Shown: piece by piece, positions 19,327 to 28,354 of the stretch
Numbering within the stretch: the first letter of the stretch is position 1
How the letters are laid out: every line of letters begins with the position of its first letter
From: Candidatus Uhrbacteria bacterium
GTDB taxonomy: Bacteria > Patescibacteriota > Patescibacteriia > UBA9934 > GWF2-40-263
Assembly (NCBI GenBank): GCA_014239775.1
Contig: JAAZYG010000023.1
Coordinates: forward strand, 223 to 64,222
Reading direction: 5' to 3'
Length of the DNA: 64,000 bases
Notes under the pieces: model-generated
Told to the model about the DNA's origin: nothing
What the model saw: only the letters and a program-made list of their open reading frames with translations
The model's database searches: none
Position numbers and translations under genes: made by a program

Positions 19327-20661
19327 ATGATTAAAAATTTGATACGTAGACTCATTCCAGGTTCATTCATGTATTACTATCATTACTGTTTGGCACGTAG
19401 CGCGTCATTTATTTATGGAAATCCATCAAAAGACCTTATTGTAATAGGTGTAACTGGTACTAATGGAAAGTCATCTACAGTGCAGTATATTGGTCAAATT
19501 CTTGAGGGTTTAGGTAATAAAGTTGGTTGGACAACAACTGTAAGTTTTAAGATTGGTGAAAAAGAGTGGGTGAATGACCATAAAATGACAATGCTTGGTA
19601 GGTTTAAAACACAAAAACTTCTAAGAGAGATGGTATCTGCAGGATGTGCTTATGCTGTTGTAGAGACATCTTCACAAGGAATATTACAAAGTAGGCATGT
19701 TGGAATTGATTATGATTTAGCTGTATTTACAAATTTAACACCATAGCATATTGAGGCACATGGTGGTTTTGAAAATTATAAAAAAGCAAAAGGCGAACTT
19801 TTTAAGCTTATTAGTGGGTTAAAAATAAAAGAAATTAATAATCATAAAATAAAAAAAGCATCTGTTGTAAATTTGATGGATGAGCACTCTGATTATTTTT
19901 TAGGGTTTAAAGCTGGAAAGTTGTATGGGTATACTGATAATAGTGACTTAAAGGATGGTGTTGAAGTGATTAATGCACAGAATGTAATACATAGTTTGAG
20001 TGGTACAACGTTTGATATTTCTAATAGTAAGTTTAATTTTACTCCTATTGGTAGGTTTAATTTTGAGAATATATTAGCGGCCATTTCAGCATGTCATGTA
20101 TTAGGTTTTGGTTTTGATGAAATAAGTAATGTAATCAAAAATGTTAATTCTGTTGAGGGAAGATTTGAAATTATTGATTTAGGCCAAGATTTTACGGTTA
20201 TAGTTGATTATGCGTACGAGCCTGCAGGATTAAATGCTTTATATAAAACATTAGATTTGTTTGAGTATAATAATGTTATTCATGTAGTTGGTTCAGCTGG
20301 AGGTGGACGAGATGTTGCAAGGCGTGAGGTGTTAGGTAAGATGTGTGCAAAACATGATGGTATTGTTATTGTTACAAATGAAGATCCATACGATGAAGAC
20401 CCTATGATAATAATTAATGATGTTGCAAGTTCTGCAAAGTCCTTTGGAAAGACTGATGGAAAAGATTTATTTAGGATATTAGATCGAAGAGAGGCAATTG
20501 AAAAAGCCATTACATTGGCAAAAAAAGGAGATGTAGTACTGATAACAGGTAAAGGTAGTGAGCCAGTCATGGCTGTTGCAGATGGAAAGAAAATTGCATG
20601 GGATGATCGTGTTGTAGTTAAAGATATTTTGAACAAAACAATAAACCGATATGAAAGTTGA
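19327..20661 (+). pseudogene. murE: murE with a single in-frame TAG at 19744-19746 (possible sequence error or readthrough)
   Basis: ORFs 19321..19746 and 19873..20661 share a frame; VTGTNGKS, FTNLTP*HIEAHGGFENYKKAK, IVDYA, GGGRD, EDPYDE, GKGSE. Confidence 0.8.
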
Positions 20662-21151
20662 GAATTTGTTTCAATTAAAACCACATGAAGAAATAATAGA
20701 AGTAATTCGTGAGTCTATTTATTTTCATTTATTAAAATTTGTATTAATTATTTTTTGGTTATTATTACCATTTTTATTTTTGTTTCCATTATTTAGAGAG
20801 GGTACATGGGGAATTATTTTATTTTTTATTGTTTTTTTATCAGGATTAATTGCATTCATTAGAAAAAGTTATTGTTGGACTCGTACAGTTTTGGTTGTTA
20901 CAGATAAGCGTGTTATTGATTTAGAGCAAAAAGGTTTTTTTGATAAAGTGGTTACAGAGGCAACTTACAAGCAAATAGATGAAGTTACATATAGAATTAA
21001 AGGCTTTATTCCAACCATATTTAGATATGGCAAGGTTAGTTTGCATTTAGGTGGTTCAGCAGCTGATATTGAATTTTCTGCTATACAACAACCATCAAGA
21101 GTTCATGATTTAATTAATGATTTAAGAGATGAGTATGAAAAGAGGTCGTAA
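20651..21151 (+). CDS. Membrane protein with bacterial PH domain
   Basis: 2 TM then VVTDKRVID..QKGFF, IDEV, IFRYGKV. Confidence 0.75.
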   Translation: MKVENLFQLKPHEEIIEVIRESIYFHLLKFVLIIFWLLLPFLFLFPLFREGTWGIILFFIVFLSGLIAFIRKSYCWTRTVLVVTDKRVIDLEQKGFFDKVVTEATYKQIDEVTYRIKGFIPTIFRYGKVSLHLGGSAADIEFSAIQQPSRVHDLINDLRDEYEKRS

Positions 21152-21602
21152 GACAATTTTTCAGAAGGTTTTACATTGGAAATTCTTTTTTATTGTTAAT
21201 ATTATAATTGCAATTTTTATAGCTGGTACTTTAAGTAGAGAAATGTTACAAAAACAGGAGACTGATAAAGATATAGCGTACTTACAAGAACAGTCGAATG
21301 AATTAGTTGCAAGAAACATATCGCTCAGTGAAATTCAGACAGCAATACAGACAGAGTCGTTTATAGAGCGAGAAGCTAGGTTGAAATTAGGTATGAAAAA
21401 ACCTGGTGAATCAGTTGTGGTTATAAAAAAAAATGAAACAGATGATAATATTAATGAGCTAACAGAAGGTAATGATCCATTAAATCTTATAATTGATGAA
21501 ACAGATACGTTTTCTGTAGTTTCAAATACAAGTAAGTGGTGGTATTACTTTTTTAATAAAAAAGCTTTTGAGAAAATAAGAACATATGATAAACGAGAAT
21601 AA
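21129..21602 (+). CDS. Septum formation initiator (FtsB/DivIC-like)
   Basis: TM + coiled coil + FIEREARLKLGMKKPGE. Confidence 0.8.
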   Translation: MSMKRGRKTIFQKVLHWKFFFIVNIIIAIFIAGTLSREMLQKQETDKDIAYLQEQSNELVARNISLSEIQTAIQTESFIEREARLKLGMKKPGESVVVIKKNETDDNINELTEGNDPLNLIIDETDTFSVVSNTSKWWYYFFNKKAFEKIRTYDKRE

Positions 21603-22524
21603 TGATGGAGGTGTTGGTAGTAGCAATAATGTCAACTTGGAAAAAAAAAGAAAAAGTAAAAAAATAGTATTATTAATAATTGTTCTGTTGGTATTTGGAT
21701 ATGTTTCCATAAAACATGTTTATGGAAACTCAATAAGCAATGCCTACTCTCAAAGAATTATTAGTGTATTTCCACTACCTGCTGTAAAAATAAATAATAC
21801 TACAATTTCAATGAAGGATTATTTAAGTGAATACAAAGCAATTGAGAACTTTTTTAAAACATCTGAAGGTGGTGAGATGCCATCTGAGTCACAGTTGCAA
21901 GAAACAATATTAGATACCTTAATAAATAAGGCAATTATAAAGCAGCTTGGTTATAAAAATGGAATTGAGCTAGATAATGAAAAAGTGGAATCTTTTTATG
22001 CGGAGGTTTCGTCAGAAGGACAAGGTGTGGATGTGTTTAAGGAGGAATTGCGTCAAAATTTTGGTTGGACAGAAGATGAGTTTAAGAAAAGAATTGTTCA
22101 CTCAATCGTTTTTGCGCTACAAATGAATGAGTTTTATCTTTCTGATACAGATACTCAAATAGAACAGATTAATATTATCAACAAAGCACTTGAGCGACTT
22201 GTTGGAGGTGAAGATTTTTTTGAAGTTGCAAAGGAGGTTCATGGTAATTATGATGTTGTAATTGAAAGTGATCTAGGCTTTCAAGATCTATCAGAATTAT
22301 CAGATGAGGTAGTTTTATCTATACAAGATTTACAAGTAGGAGATATGACGGATGTTGTAGATTTGGGTGCTGCTTATGCAATATTTAAATTTGAAGATCA
22401 GGTGGTTGAATCTGAAGATGTAAAGGTGCACTTATTGAGAATAATAGTTCCAAAGAAAACACTTGAAGATGTTGTAACCGAATCATTAGAAGATGCAAAA
22501 ATAAAGAGATATATAAATAATTAG
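21586..22524 (+). CDS. SurA/PrsA-like membrane-anchored foldase (degenerate parvulin)
   Basis: N-terminal TM, PAVKINN, ILDTLIN, GEDFFEVAKE, SDLGF. Confidence 0.7.
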   Translation: MINENNDGGVGSSNNVNLEKKRKSKKIVLLIIVLLVFGYVSIKHVYGNSISNAYSQRIISVFPLPAVKINNTTISMKDYLSEYKAIENFFKTSEGGEMPSESQLQETILDTLINKAIIKQLGYKNGIELDNEKVESFYAEVSSEGQGVDVFKEELRQNFGWTEDEFKKRIVHSIVFALQMNEFYLSDTDTQIEQINIINKALERLVGGEDFFEVAKEVHGNYDVVIESDLGFQDLSELSDEVVLSIQDLQVGDMTDVVDLGAAYAIFKFEDQVVESEDVKVHLLRIIVPKKTLEDVVTESLEDAKIKRYINN

Positions 22525-22694
22525 AACATTATTGTATTAAATACGTCATATAATATACTTTAAAATATTTATATTTTATAAATATAAATAGTCCACTTGT
22601 GGTTGAGCGTTACCAAGGGTATTATGTATGTAGAAAAGTATATATTTTGATTAAATAGTTTGTTTTTCTAGTTGTTTATTTGAAATTTATAATC

Positions 22695-23375
22695 ATGATT
22701 AGATTAAAAAACGTAGCAAAAATTTATCCGCCTAACATAGTTGGCTTGGAAGGAGTTAGTTTGCATATTCAACCAGGTGAATTTGTGTCTGTTGTAGGTC
22801 AAAGTGGTACTGGAAAATCCACGTTGGCTAAGTTGTTGTTTGCTGAAGAACGACCCTCACGTGGTTGTATAGAGATTGGTGGATGGGATATATCTAGAAT
22901 AAAAGAAAAAGATATTCCAATTTTACGTAGGCAGATAGGTGTTGTGTTTCAGGATTTCAAACTTCTTCCAAAGAAGACTGTGTATGAAAATGTTGCTTTT
23001 GCACTTCAGGTGGCCGGTGAAAGACCTAGGCGGATTCGTGATGTTGTTCCTAGGGTTTTAAAAATTGTTAATTTGGATCAAAAAGCAGGTCGTTATCCTA
23101 CTCAGCTTTCAGGAGGTGAACAGCAACGTGTTGCAATTGCAAGGTCTTTGGTTCATCAACCAAAAGTACTTGTTGCAGATGAGCCTACTGGTAATTTAGA
23201 TGCTATTAATGCTAGAGATATAATTGATTTGCTGCAACGCATAAATGAATTTGGTACAACAGTATTGCTTGTTACACACAATAGAGAGGTTGTTAATAGA
23301 GTAAAGAAAAGAGTCATAACAATAGATGACGGTGTTATCGTGTCTGATATTGAGCAGGGACGTTATAAAATTTAG
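22695..23375 (+). CDS. ftsE: Cell division ATP-binding protein FtsE
   Basis: GQSGTGKST, LRRQIGVVFQDFKLL, LSGGEQQRV, ADEPTGNLD. Confidence 0.93.
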   Translation: MIRLKNVAKIYPPNIVGLEGVSLHIQPGEFVSVVGQSGTGKSTLAKLLFAEERPSRGCIEIGGWDISRIKEKDIPILRRQIGVVFQDFKLLPKKTVYENVAFALQVAGERPRRIRDVVPRVLKIVNLDQKAGRYPTQLSGGEQQRVAIARSLVHQPKVLVADEPTGNLDAINARDIIDLLQRINEFGTTVLLVTHNREVVNRVKKRVITIDDGVIVSDIEQGRYKI

Positions 23376-23381
23376 GAGGAT

Positions 23382-24296
23382 ATGTTTGTTTCATCATACA
23401 GAATAACAAAATTTGCATTACAAAATTTTTGGAGAAATTTTTGGTTGTCAATTATAACATTGAGCATGCTTGTTTTGACATTGGTCACTATTAATATTTT
23501 ATTGGTATTAAATTTTGTTACTAATCAGGCAATACAAACAGTAGAAGAAAGAATAGAGGTTTCTGTATATTTTGATAAAGAGGTTGAGCAATCTACAGTT
23601 GATTCAGCTGTGGAATATTTGAGAGGCATATCACAGGTGCGTGATGTGGTTGTTGTTGATCCAGAAAAAGCATTAGAGAATTTTTCAAAAAATCACAAAG
23701 ATGATGAGTCTATAATGGCATCACTCGAAGAGTTGGATAGTAATCCATTTGGTCCTACATTGATAGTTAAATCATACACAGCAGAGGACTTTGATATTAT
23801 TTTAGATGCATTAGAGAATCCAGAGTTTTCTGATTTTATAAGAGAAAAGGATTTTTCTGATTATCAGGCAATAGTTTCGAGAATTAAGGATACTACTGAT
23901 AATATACGTTTTTTTGGTATGGTAATGTCCGCTGTATTTTTATTAATTGCAGTATTGATAGTGTTTAATACTGTTAGAATAGGTATATTTATTCATAAAG
24001 AAGAAATTGGAATAATGAAATTAGTTGGGGCCACTAATTGGTTTGTAAAGGCTCCGTTTATTTTAGAGATGATTATATTAAGTTTTGTTGCTGTTGGAAT
24101 TGTTGTTCTTGTCTCTTATCCAGTATTAGCTATTTTAGAATCTAAATTTGCATTATTTTTTGGGGGAGTACAAGTTGGTTTGATTAACTATTTTGAAATT
24201 AATGGTTTAAATATTTTTGGTACACAATTGATGGTATTGATTGCTATTACAGTAATTTCTACCTTGCTTGCCATGAGAAGATATTTGAAGGTTTAG
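23382..24296 (+). CDS. ftsX: Cell division permease FtsX
   Basis: FNTVR....EEIGIMKLVGATNWFVKAPF; follows ftsE. Confidence 0.92.
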   Translation: MFVSSYRITKFALQNFWRNFWLSIITLSMLVLTLVTINILLVLNFVTNQAIQTVEERIEVSVYFDKEVEQSTVDSAVEYLRGISQVRDVVVVDPEKALENFSKNHKDDESIMASLEELDSNPFGPTLIVKSYTAEDFDIILDALENPEFSDFIREKDFSDYQAIVSRIKDTTDNIRFFGMVMSAVFLLIAVLIVFNTVRIGIFIHKEEIGIMKLVGATNWFVKAPFILEMIILSFVAVGIVVLVSYPVLAILESKFALFFGGVQVGLINYFEINGLNIFGTQLMVLIAITVISTLLAMRRYLKV

Positions 24297-24297
24297 C

Positions 24298-24326
24298 TTG
24301 ACTTGGAGTTTTATGTGTGCTACTTT
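24298..24326 (+). promoter_or_regulatory. Promoter TTGACT-17-TACTTT with TGn extension for DGQHR gene
   Basis: ttgact 24298-24303; tg 24318-24319; tacttt 24321-24326. Confidence 0.5.
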
Positions 24327-24435
24327 ATTTTGTCTTACTTAATGGTTGTATATGTAAAAATATAGTCATAAAGTATGATAAAAGAGGTGAATTAGTCACC
24401 TTATTTCAGTACTCGTGTAGGTAAAAGGATATATA

Positions 24436-25467
24436 ATGAACAAAAAGTTCATTAAAAATGTAAGAGCTGTTATTCAGCGCGGTGTCATAATTTATGTGGC
24501 TCATGTGCCAGCTAGGGAGTTGGTGCCTATGTGTCAGGTGGATCACTATGACAGTGGTGGTGTTCAACGAAAGATTAACGATTCTCATGTTATTCATATT
24601 GCTGAAGCAATGTCTGATAAGAATACCATATGGCTTGATCCTGTTTTCGGCTCTTTGGTTGGAAATTGGAAGTTTAAGGAAGACATGCTTGTTGGTGATT
24701 CTGATGCAATGATTAGTCTTGATGACGGTCAGCATCGATGGAAAGCACTAGGCTCTGGACTTCTGGATGATGAGGAGATCGCAGAACTCCAATTTGAGAT
24801 TAAGGTGACACAGGGACTTGATAGAGATGCTAGGCTTCGAATTTTTCGTGCCCAGGCAGAGCGTCGGAGGATTGATCGCCGTCTTGATTTGGCTCAAAGG
24901 CATGAATTGGATGAGTGGCCAAGTTCTACACATAAGCATGCTTATGATGTGATTCTAGCATTAAACACTGACCCTACAAGTCCAATTAAGGGACGTGTTC
25001 AGCTTTTGGATACTCCCAGGCGCGGTTATCACAGGTGTGGTGGTCGTGATGTTATGTTGCCAAGTTCTGGGCTTCACAGTAGTCTCGTGATTGTTTTTGG
25101 ACGTAAGAGTCCGTTACATTCATTGGACCAACGTATTCAGAAACGTGTGATCATGGATATGATTCGCATTTCTTCACAGGTTTGGAGTAGTGCTTGGGAT
25201 AGTGATAAGCATATCCTAACAACTGCGCGTGGTATTAATGCACTACTGCGTTTGTGTATTAGCGGATCTGCTTTTAGAAGTGTTGTTGGAATTGATTTTC
25301 TTCCAGAGAAGATCGAAGAGGCATTTCGTTACGCAAGACGTTTTAGGTGGGCGGCTAGTAATTGGCAAAATAGGCCAACTAAAGTTGTTAGTGATTCGCT
25401 TAATCAGTGTATTGAGTCTGGTCTTTCGCGTGCAATGCGTAATGCATCGAGACCACACACACCGTAG
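24436..25467 (+). CDS. DGQHR-domain protein (DndB/DpdB-like, ParB/Srx superfamily)
   Basis: GGVQRKIN, SLDDGQHRWKAL, LNTDPTSPIKG. Confidence 0.82.
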   Translation: MNKKFIKNVRAVIQRGVIIYVAHVPARELVPMCQVDHYDSGGVQRKINDSHVIHIAEAMSDKNTIWLDPVFGSLVGNWKFKEDMLVGDSDAMISLDDGQHRWKALGSGLLDDEEIAELQFEIKVTQGLDRDARLRIFRAQAERRRIDRRLDLAQRHELDEWPSSTHKHAYDVILALNTDPTSPIKGRVQLLDTPRRGYHRCGGRDVMLPSSGLHSSLVIVFGRKSPLHSLDQRIQKRVIMDMIRISSQVWSSAWDSDKHILTTARGINALLRLCISGSAFRSVVGIDFLPEKIEEAFRYARRFRWAASNWQNRPTKVVSDSLNQCIESGLSRAMRNASRPHTP

Positions 25468-25487
25468 TTTTTGAGATTTGAGGACTG

Positions 25488-25520
25488 GCCGTTTATTGAT
25501 TAATTCAGTAGACGGCTTTA
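25488..25520 (+). terminator. Terminator-like hairpin after DGQHR gene
   Basis: gccgtttattga/tcagtagacggc stem with GU pairs, short T tail. Confidence 0.55.
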
Positions 25521-25588
25521 TTGTTTCTATAAAGATAAATTTAATTTAGGATCTAAGTAAAAACACCAGATATACTGGTGTCTTAACT

Positions 25589-25662
25589 TGGTTCCCGGAC
25601 AGGGATTCGAACCCCGACTACCTGGATCAAAACCAGGCGTCCTGCCATTAGACCATCCGGGA
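25589..25662 (-). tRNA. tRNA-Gln(UUG)
   Basis: TCCCGGA/TCCGGGA acceptor, CCTGG-TTTTGAT-CCAGG anticodon arm, CCA. Confidence 0.95.
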
Positions 25663-25810
25663 TGGTTGTGTGAACGTATAATGATATACGATCGAGATTA
25701 TAGTCTTTTTTGAGTTTTTTTTCAAGATGCAACGTTCTTCTTGAAATACACATCAAAAGAGGTTATTCTTGTTTAAGGATATTATAGCAAACAAAAACTT
25801 TTATATTTAT

Positions 25811-26305
25811 ATGAATAAAAAAATAGGTTTATTTTTGGGTAGATTTCAGCCGTTTCACAACGGACATCTTTTAGTTGTTGAAGGTATGACAAAGATGTGC
25901 GACGAGATAATTATTGGAATAGGAAGTTCAAATGCACAAAATGAACCAGATAATCCATTTACTGCTGAAGAGAGGCGGGATATGATCCAAAATACTCTAC
26001 AGTCAAAAGATTTAATTCCGATGTTTGATATAAGACTAATGGATTTTCCAGATCAAGAGAGTGATATAGAGTGGGCAGATCATGTGTTAGAGAGTGTAGG
26101 AGATATTGAAAAAGTTTGGACAGGGAACGAATTGACCAAAAAGTGTTTTGAAGGAAAAGTTGACATACAAAACATAGTAGAGGTTCCAGGAATTTCATCT
26201 ACAGAAATACGTGCACTTATGAAGTCTGGTGGGTATTGGGAAGAAAAGCTTCCAAATGAGGTTGTAAAGTACCTAAAGAGCATAGATGGCACAAAGAGAG
26301 TTTAG
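25811..26305 (+). CDS. Nicotinamide-nucleotide adenylyltransferase (NadM-like)
   Basis: GRFQPFHNGH, IGSS, NPFTAEER, ISSTEIR. Confidence 0.85.
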   Translation: MNKKIGLFLGRFQPFHNGHLLVVEGMTKMCDEIIIGIGSSNAQNEPDNPFTAEERRDMIQNTLQSKDLIPMFDIRLMDFPDQESDIEWADHVLESVGDIEKVWTGNELTKKCFEGKVDIQNIVEVPGISSTEIRALMKSGGYWEEKLPNEVVKYLKSIDGTKRV

Positions 26306-26366
26306 ATAGATAAGGAGTCAGAAATGACTCTTTTTATCTAATTTTTAATTTTTAAATTATATTTAT

Positions 26367-27143
26367 ATGAGCAGAATTGAACTTGCAAAACAAATATCAA
26401 AAAAAGCAGGAGAAATGATAATGGAAATATATAAAAATTCAGAAAAAAATCACATACACTCAAAAGACCATACAGAAATTGTGACAGATTTGGATAAGGA
26501 GATCGATTTGATGATTAGAAGTAAAATTACAGAAGTTTTTCCTGAAGATGATTTGGTTACAGAGGAGTCAGAAAATTTAGATAATGTAGGTAATATTGTT
26601 TGGTATGTTGATCCAATTGATGGAACAGATAATTTTGTTTGGAATATTCCTTGTTTTTGTGTAAGTATTGCATTTGGAGATGAAGATGAGATTTTAGGTG
26701 GGGTTATATATGATCCAATTCAAGATGAGTTATTTGAAGCAGAAAAAGGTCATGGTGCAAAAATGAATGGACAAAATATAAAGGTTTCTAAAAGATCATT
26801 ATCCAATTTACAAATGCGAGGATTTGGAAGGGGCTATGAAAAAAAATATCAGGAACAAAATTTAAAGCTACATATGCAATTAAATGCTATGTATGAGAAA
26901 CAAAGAAATCTTGGCAGTGCTGCTATTATGCTTGCATATGTCTCTTGTGGACGACTTGATCTGGTTACACTAACAGGTACAAAACCATGGGATTCTGCTG
27001 CTGGTAGTATTTTGGTCAAAGAAGCTGGGGGAATTGTAACTAATTTTAAGGGTGGTTCTTGGTTGGTTAACGATGATAATATTATTGCTTCCAATAGCAC
27101 AGACCATGAAGCGTGTATAAGAATTACAAAAAATATAGTGTAA
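26367..27143 (+). CDS. Inositol monophosphatase family protein (SuhB-like)
   Basis: WYVDPIDGTDNF, GSAA, PWDSAAG..LVKEAGG. Confidence 0.9.
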   Translation: MSRIELAKQISKKAGEMIMEIYKNSEKNHIHSKDHTEIVTDLDKEIDLMIRSKITEVFPEDDLVTEESENLDNVGNIVWYVDPIDGTDNFVWNIPCFCVSIAFGDEDEILGGVIYDPIQDELFEAEKGHGAKMNGQNIKVSKRSLSNLQMRGFGRGYEKKYQEQNLKLHMQLNAMYEKQRNLGSAAIMLAYVSCGRLDLVTLTGTKPWDSAAGSILVKEAGGIVTNFKGGSWLVNDDNIIASNSTDHEACIRITKNIV

Positions 27144-27195
27144 GCATACTTGTGTTTAGGACAGGATGGTTATTTTTTGTATGGTTTTTTAGTGT

Positions 27196-27960
27196 ATGAA
27201 TAATATAATTCCAGTTTACAAACCTTTGGGACTTACATCGTTGCAATGTATAAAATTGTTGATGGAAAAATGTCCTGAGTTAAAAGATAAAAAAGCAACT
27301 TTTGCTGGTCGTCTCGATCCAATGGCAGAAGGTGTTCTTTTGGTTCTTCTTGATGAGGCAAGATTTGAAAAGGAAAAGTATTTAAATTTAAATAAGGTTT
27401 ATGAGGCTGATTTATTGTTTGGATTTAAGTCTGATACATATGATTTATTAGGTGAAATTATTAAGGTGAAAAAAAGTAATATAGATCAAACAAGCCTGAG
27501 TAAATATTTGGGTAAGTTAGTGGGGCAGTTTGAGCAGAAATTACCACCTTATTCATCTTTTAGGATAAAAGGTAAGTCATTATTTGAATGGTCTCGTGAA
27601 GGTAAAATTGATCAGATTGATATACCAACAAAAAACAGAGAAATATATTTAAGTGAGTTATTAGGTTTTTGGACAGAAGAAAGAATGGATTTATACAATA
27701 AAGTATCTAATAGAATTAATTTGGTTGATGGTGATTTTAGACAAAAAATAATTTTAGAAAAATGGAAGCAGTTTTTATTGGATGGTTCTAATTATAAATT
27801 ACAGTGTGCATCAATTCGGATTAATTGTTCATCCGGAACGTATATACGTTCAATAATTAATGACTTGGGTGATTTTTTAAATTGTGGTGCATTGTCATTG
27901 CGGATTAAGCGTATAAGTGTAGGAGAATTCAATGAGTCTGAGTGTGTATTTTTAAATTAG
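27196..27960 (+). CDS. truB: tRNA pseudouridine(55) synthase TruB-like
   Basis: KPLGLTS, AGRLDPMAEGVL, CSSGTYIRS. Confidence 0.88.
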   Translation: MNNIIPVYKPLGLTSLQCIKLLMEKCPELKDKKATFAGRLDPMAEGVLLVLLDEARFEKEKYLNLNKVYEADLLFGFKSDTYDLLGEIIKVKKSNIDQTSLSKYLGKLVGQFEQKLPPYSSFRIKGKSLFEWSREGKIDQIDIPTKNREIYLSELLGFWTEERMDLYNKVSNRINLVDGDFRQKIILEKWKQFLLDGSNYKLQCASIRINCSSGTYIRSIINDLGDFLNCGALSLRIKRISVGEFNESECVFLN

Positions 27961-27962
27961 GA

Positions 27963-27991
27963 TTGACAAAATGAATGTGTTGGTTTATATT
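27963..27991 (+). promoter_or_regulatory. Promoter TTGACA-17-TATATT
   Basis: ttgaca 27963-27968; tatatt 27986-27991. Confidence 0.65.
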
Positions 27992-28079
27992 TGTAACTTC
28001 GTTCATTGAAAAAGACTTATCAAACGTAAGGGATTGTGTTTATATTAATTCCAAATAACATACAAAAAGGGGTAAATTA

Positions 28080-28208
28080 ATGAATTCAGAAAATGATTCA
28101 TGTTCAGCAACTGTATTTCAGGACGTTTGTCTTGCACTAAAGATAATCATAGCCACATCGTCAATTGCCATACTTATTATAGTTGTACTTGATAAGTTGT
28201 TTGTTTGA
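28080..28208 (+). CDS. 42-aa hydrophobic microprotein
   Basis: MNSENDSCSATVFQDVCLALKIIIATSSIAILIIVVLDKLFV; SD AAGGGG 28067-28072; own promoter and terminator (28239-28263). Confidence 0.6.
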   Translation: MNSENDSCSATVFQDVCLALKIIIATSSIAILIIVVLDKLFV

Positions 28209-28354
28209 TATTTACATTTTAGAGTGTGAATACGTGATCCATATTTAATAATATGGTTTTTTTATTTGTTCGACATTTGTGTATGTGGTTGTTATACTAA
28301 TTTTCCAATAAGTATACCCCCTAGAGCAATGATTCTTGGGGGCATTTGGTATTT

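Noticed and set aside
19744-19746. Genome-wide TAG reassignment or pyrrolysine
   Set aside because: TAG ends many intact genes here (murD, uvrA, rsmH, gatA) at their expected C-termini; no suppressor tRNA or pyl genes in the window.
22525-22690. AT-rich spacer as oriC
   Set aside because: No DnaA-box cluster and no dnaA/dnaN nearby.
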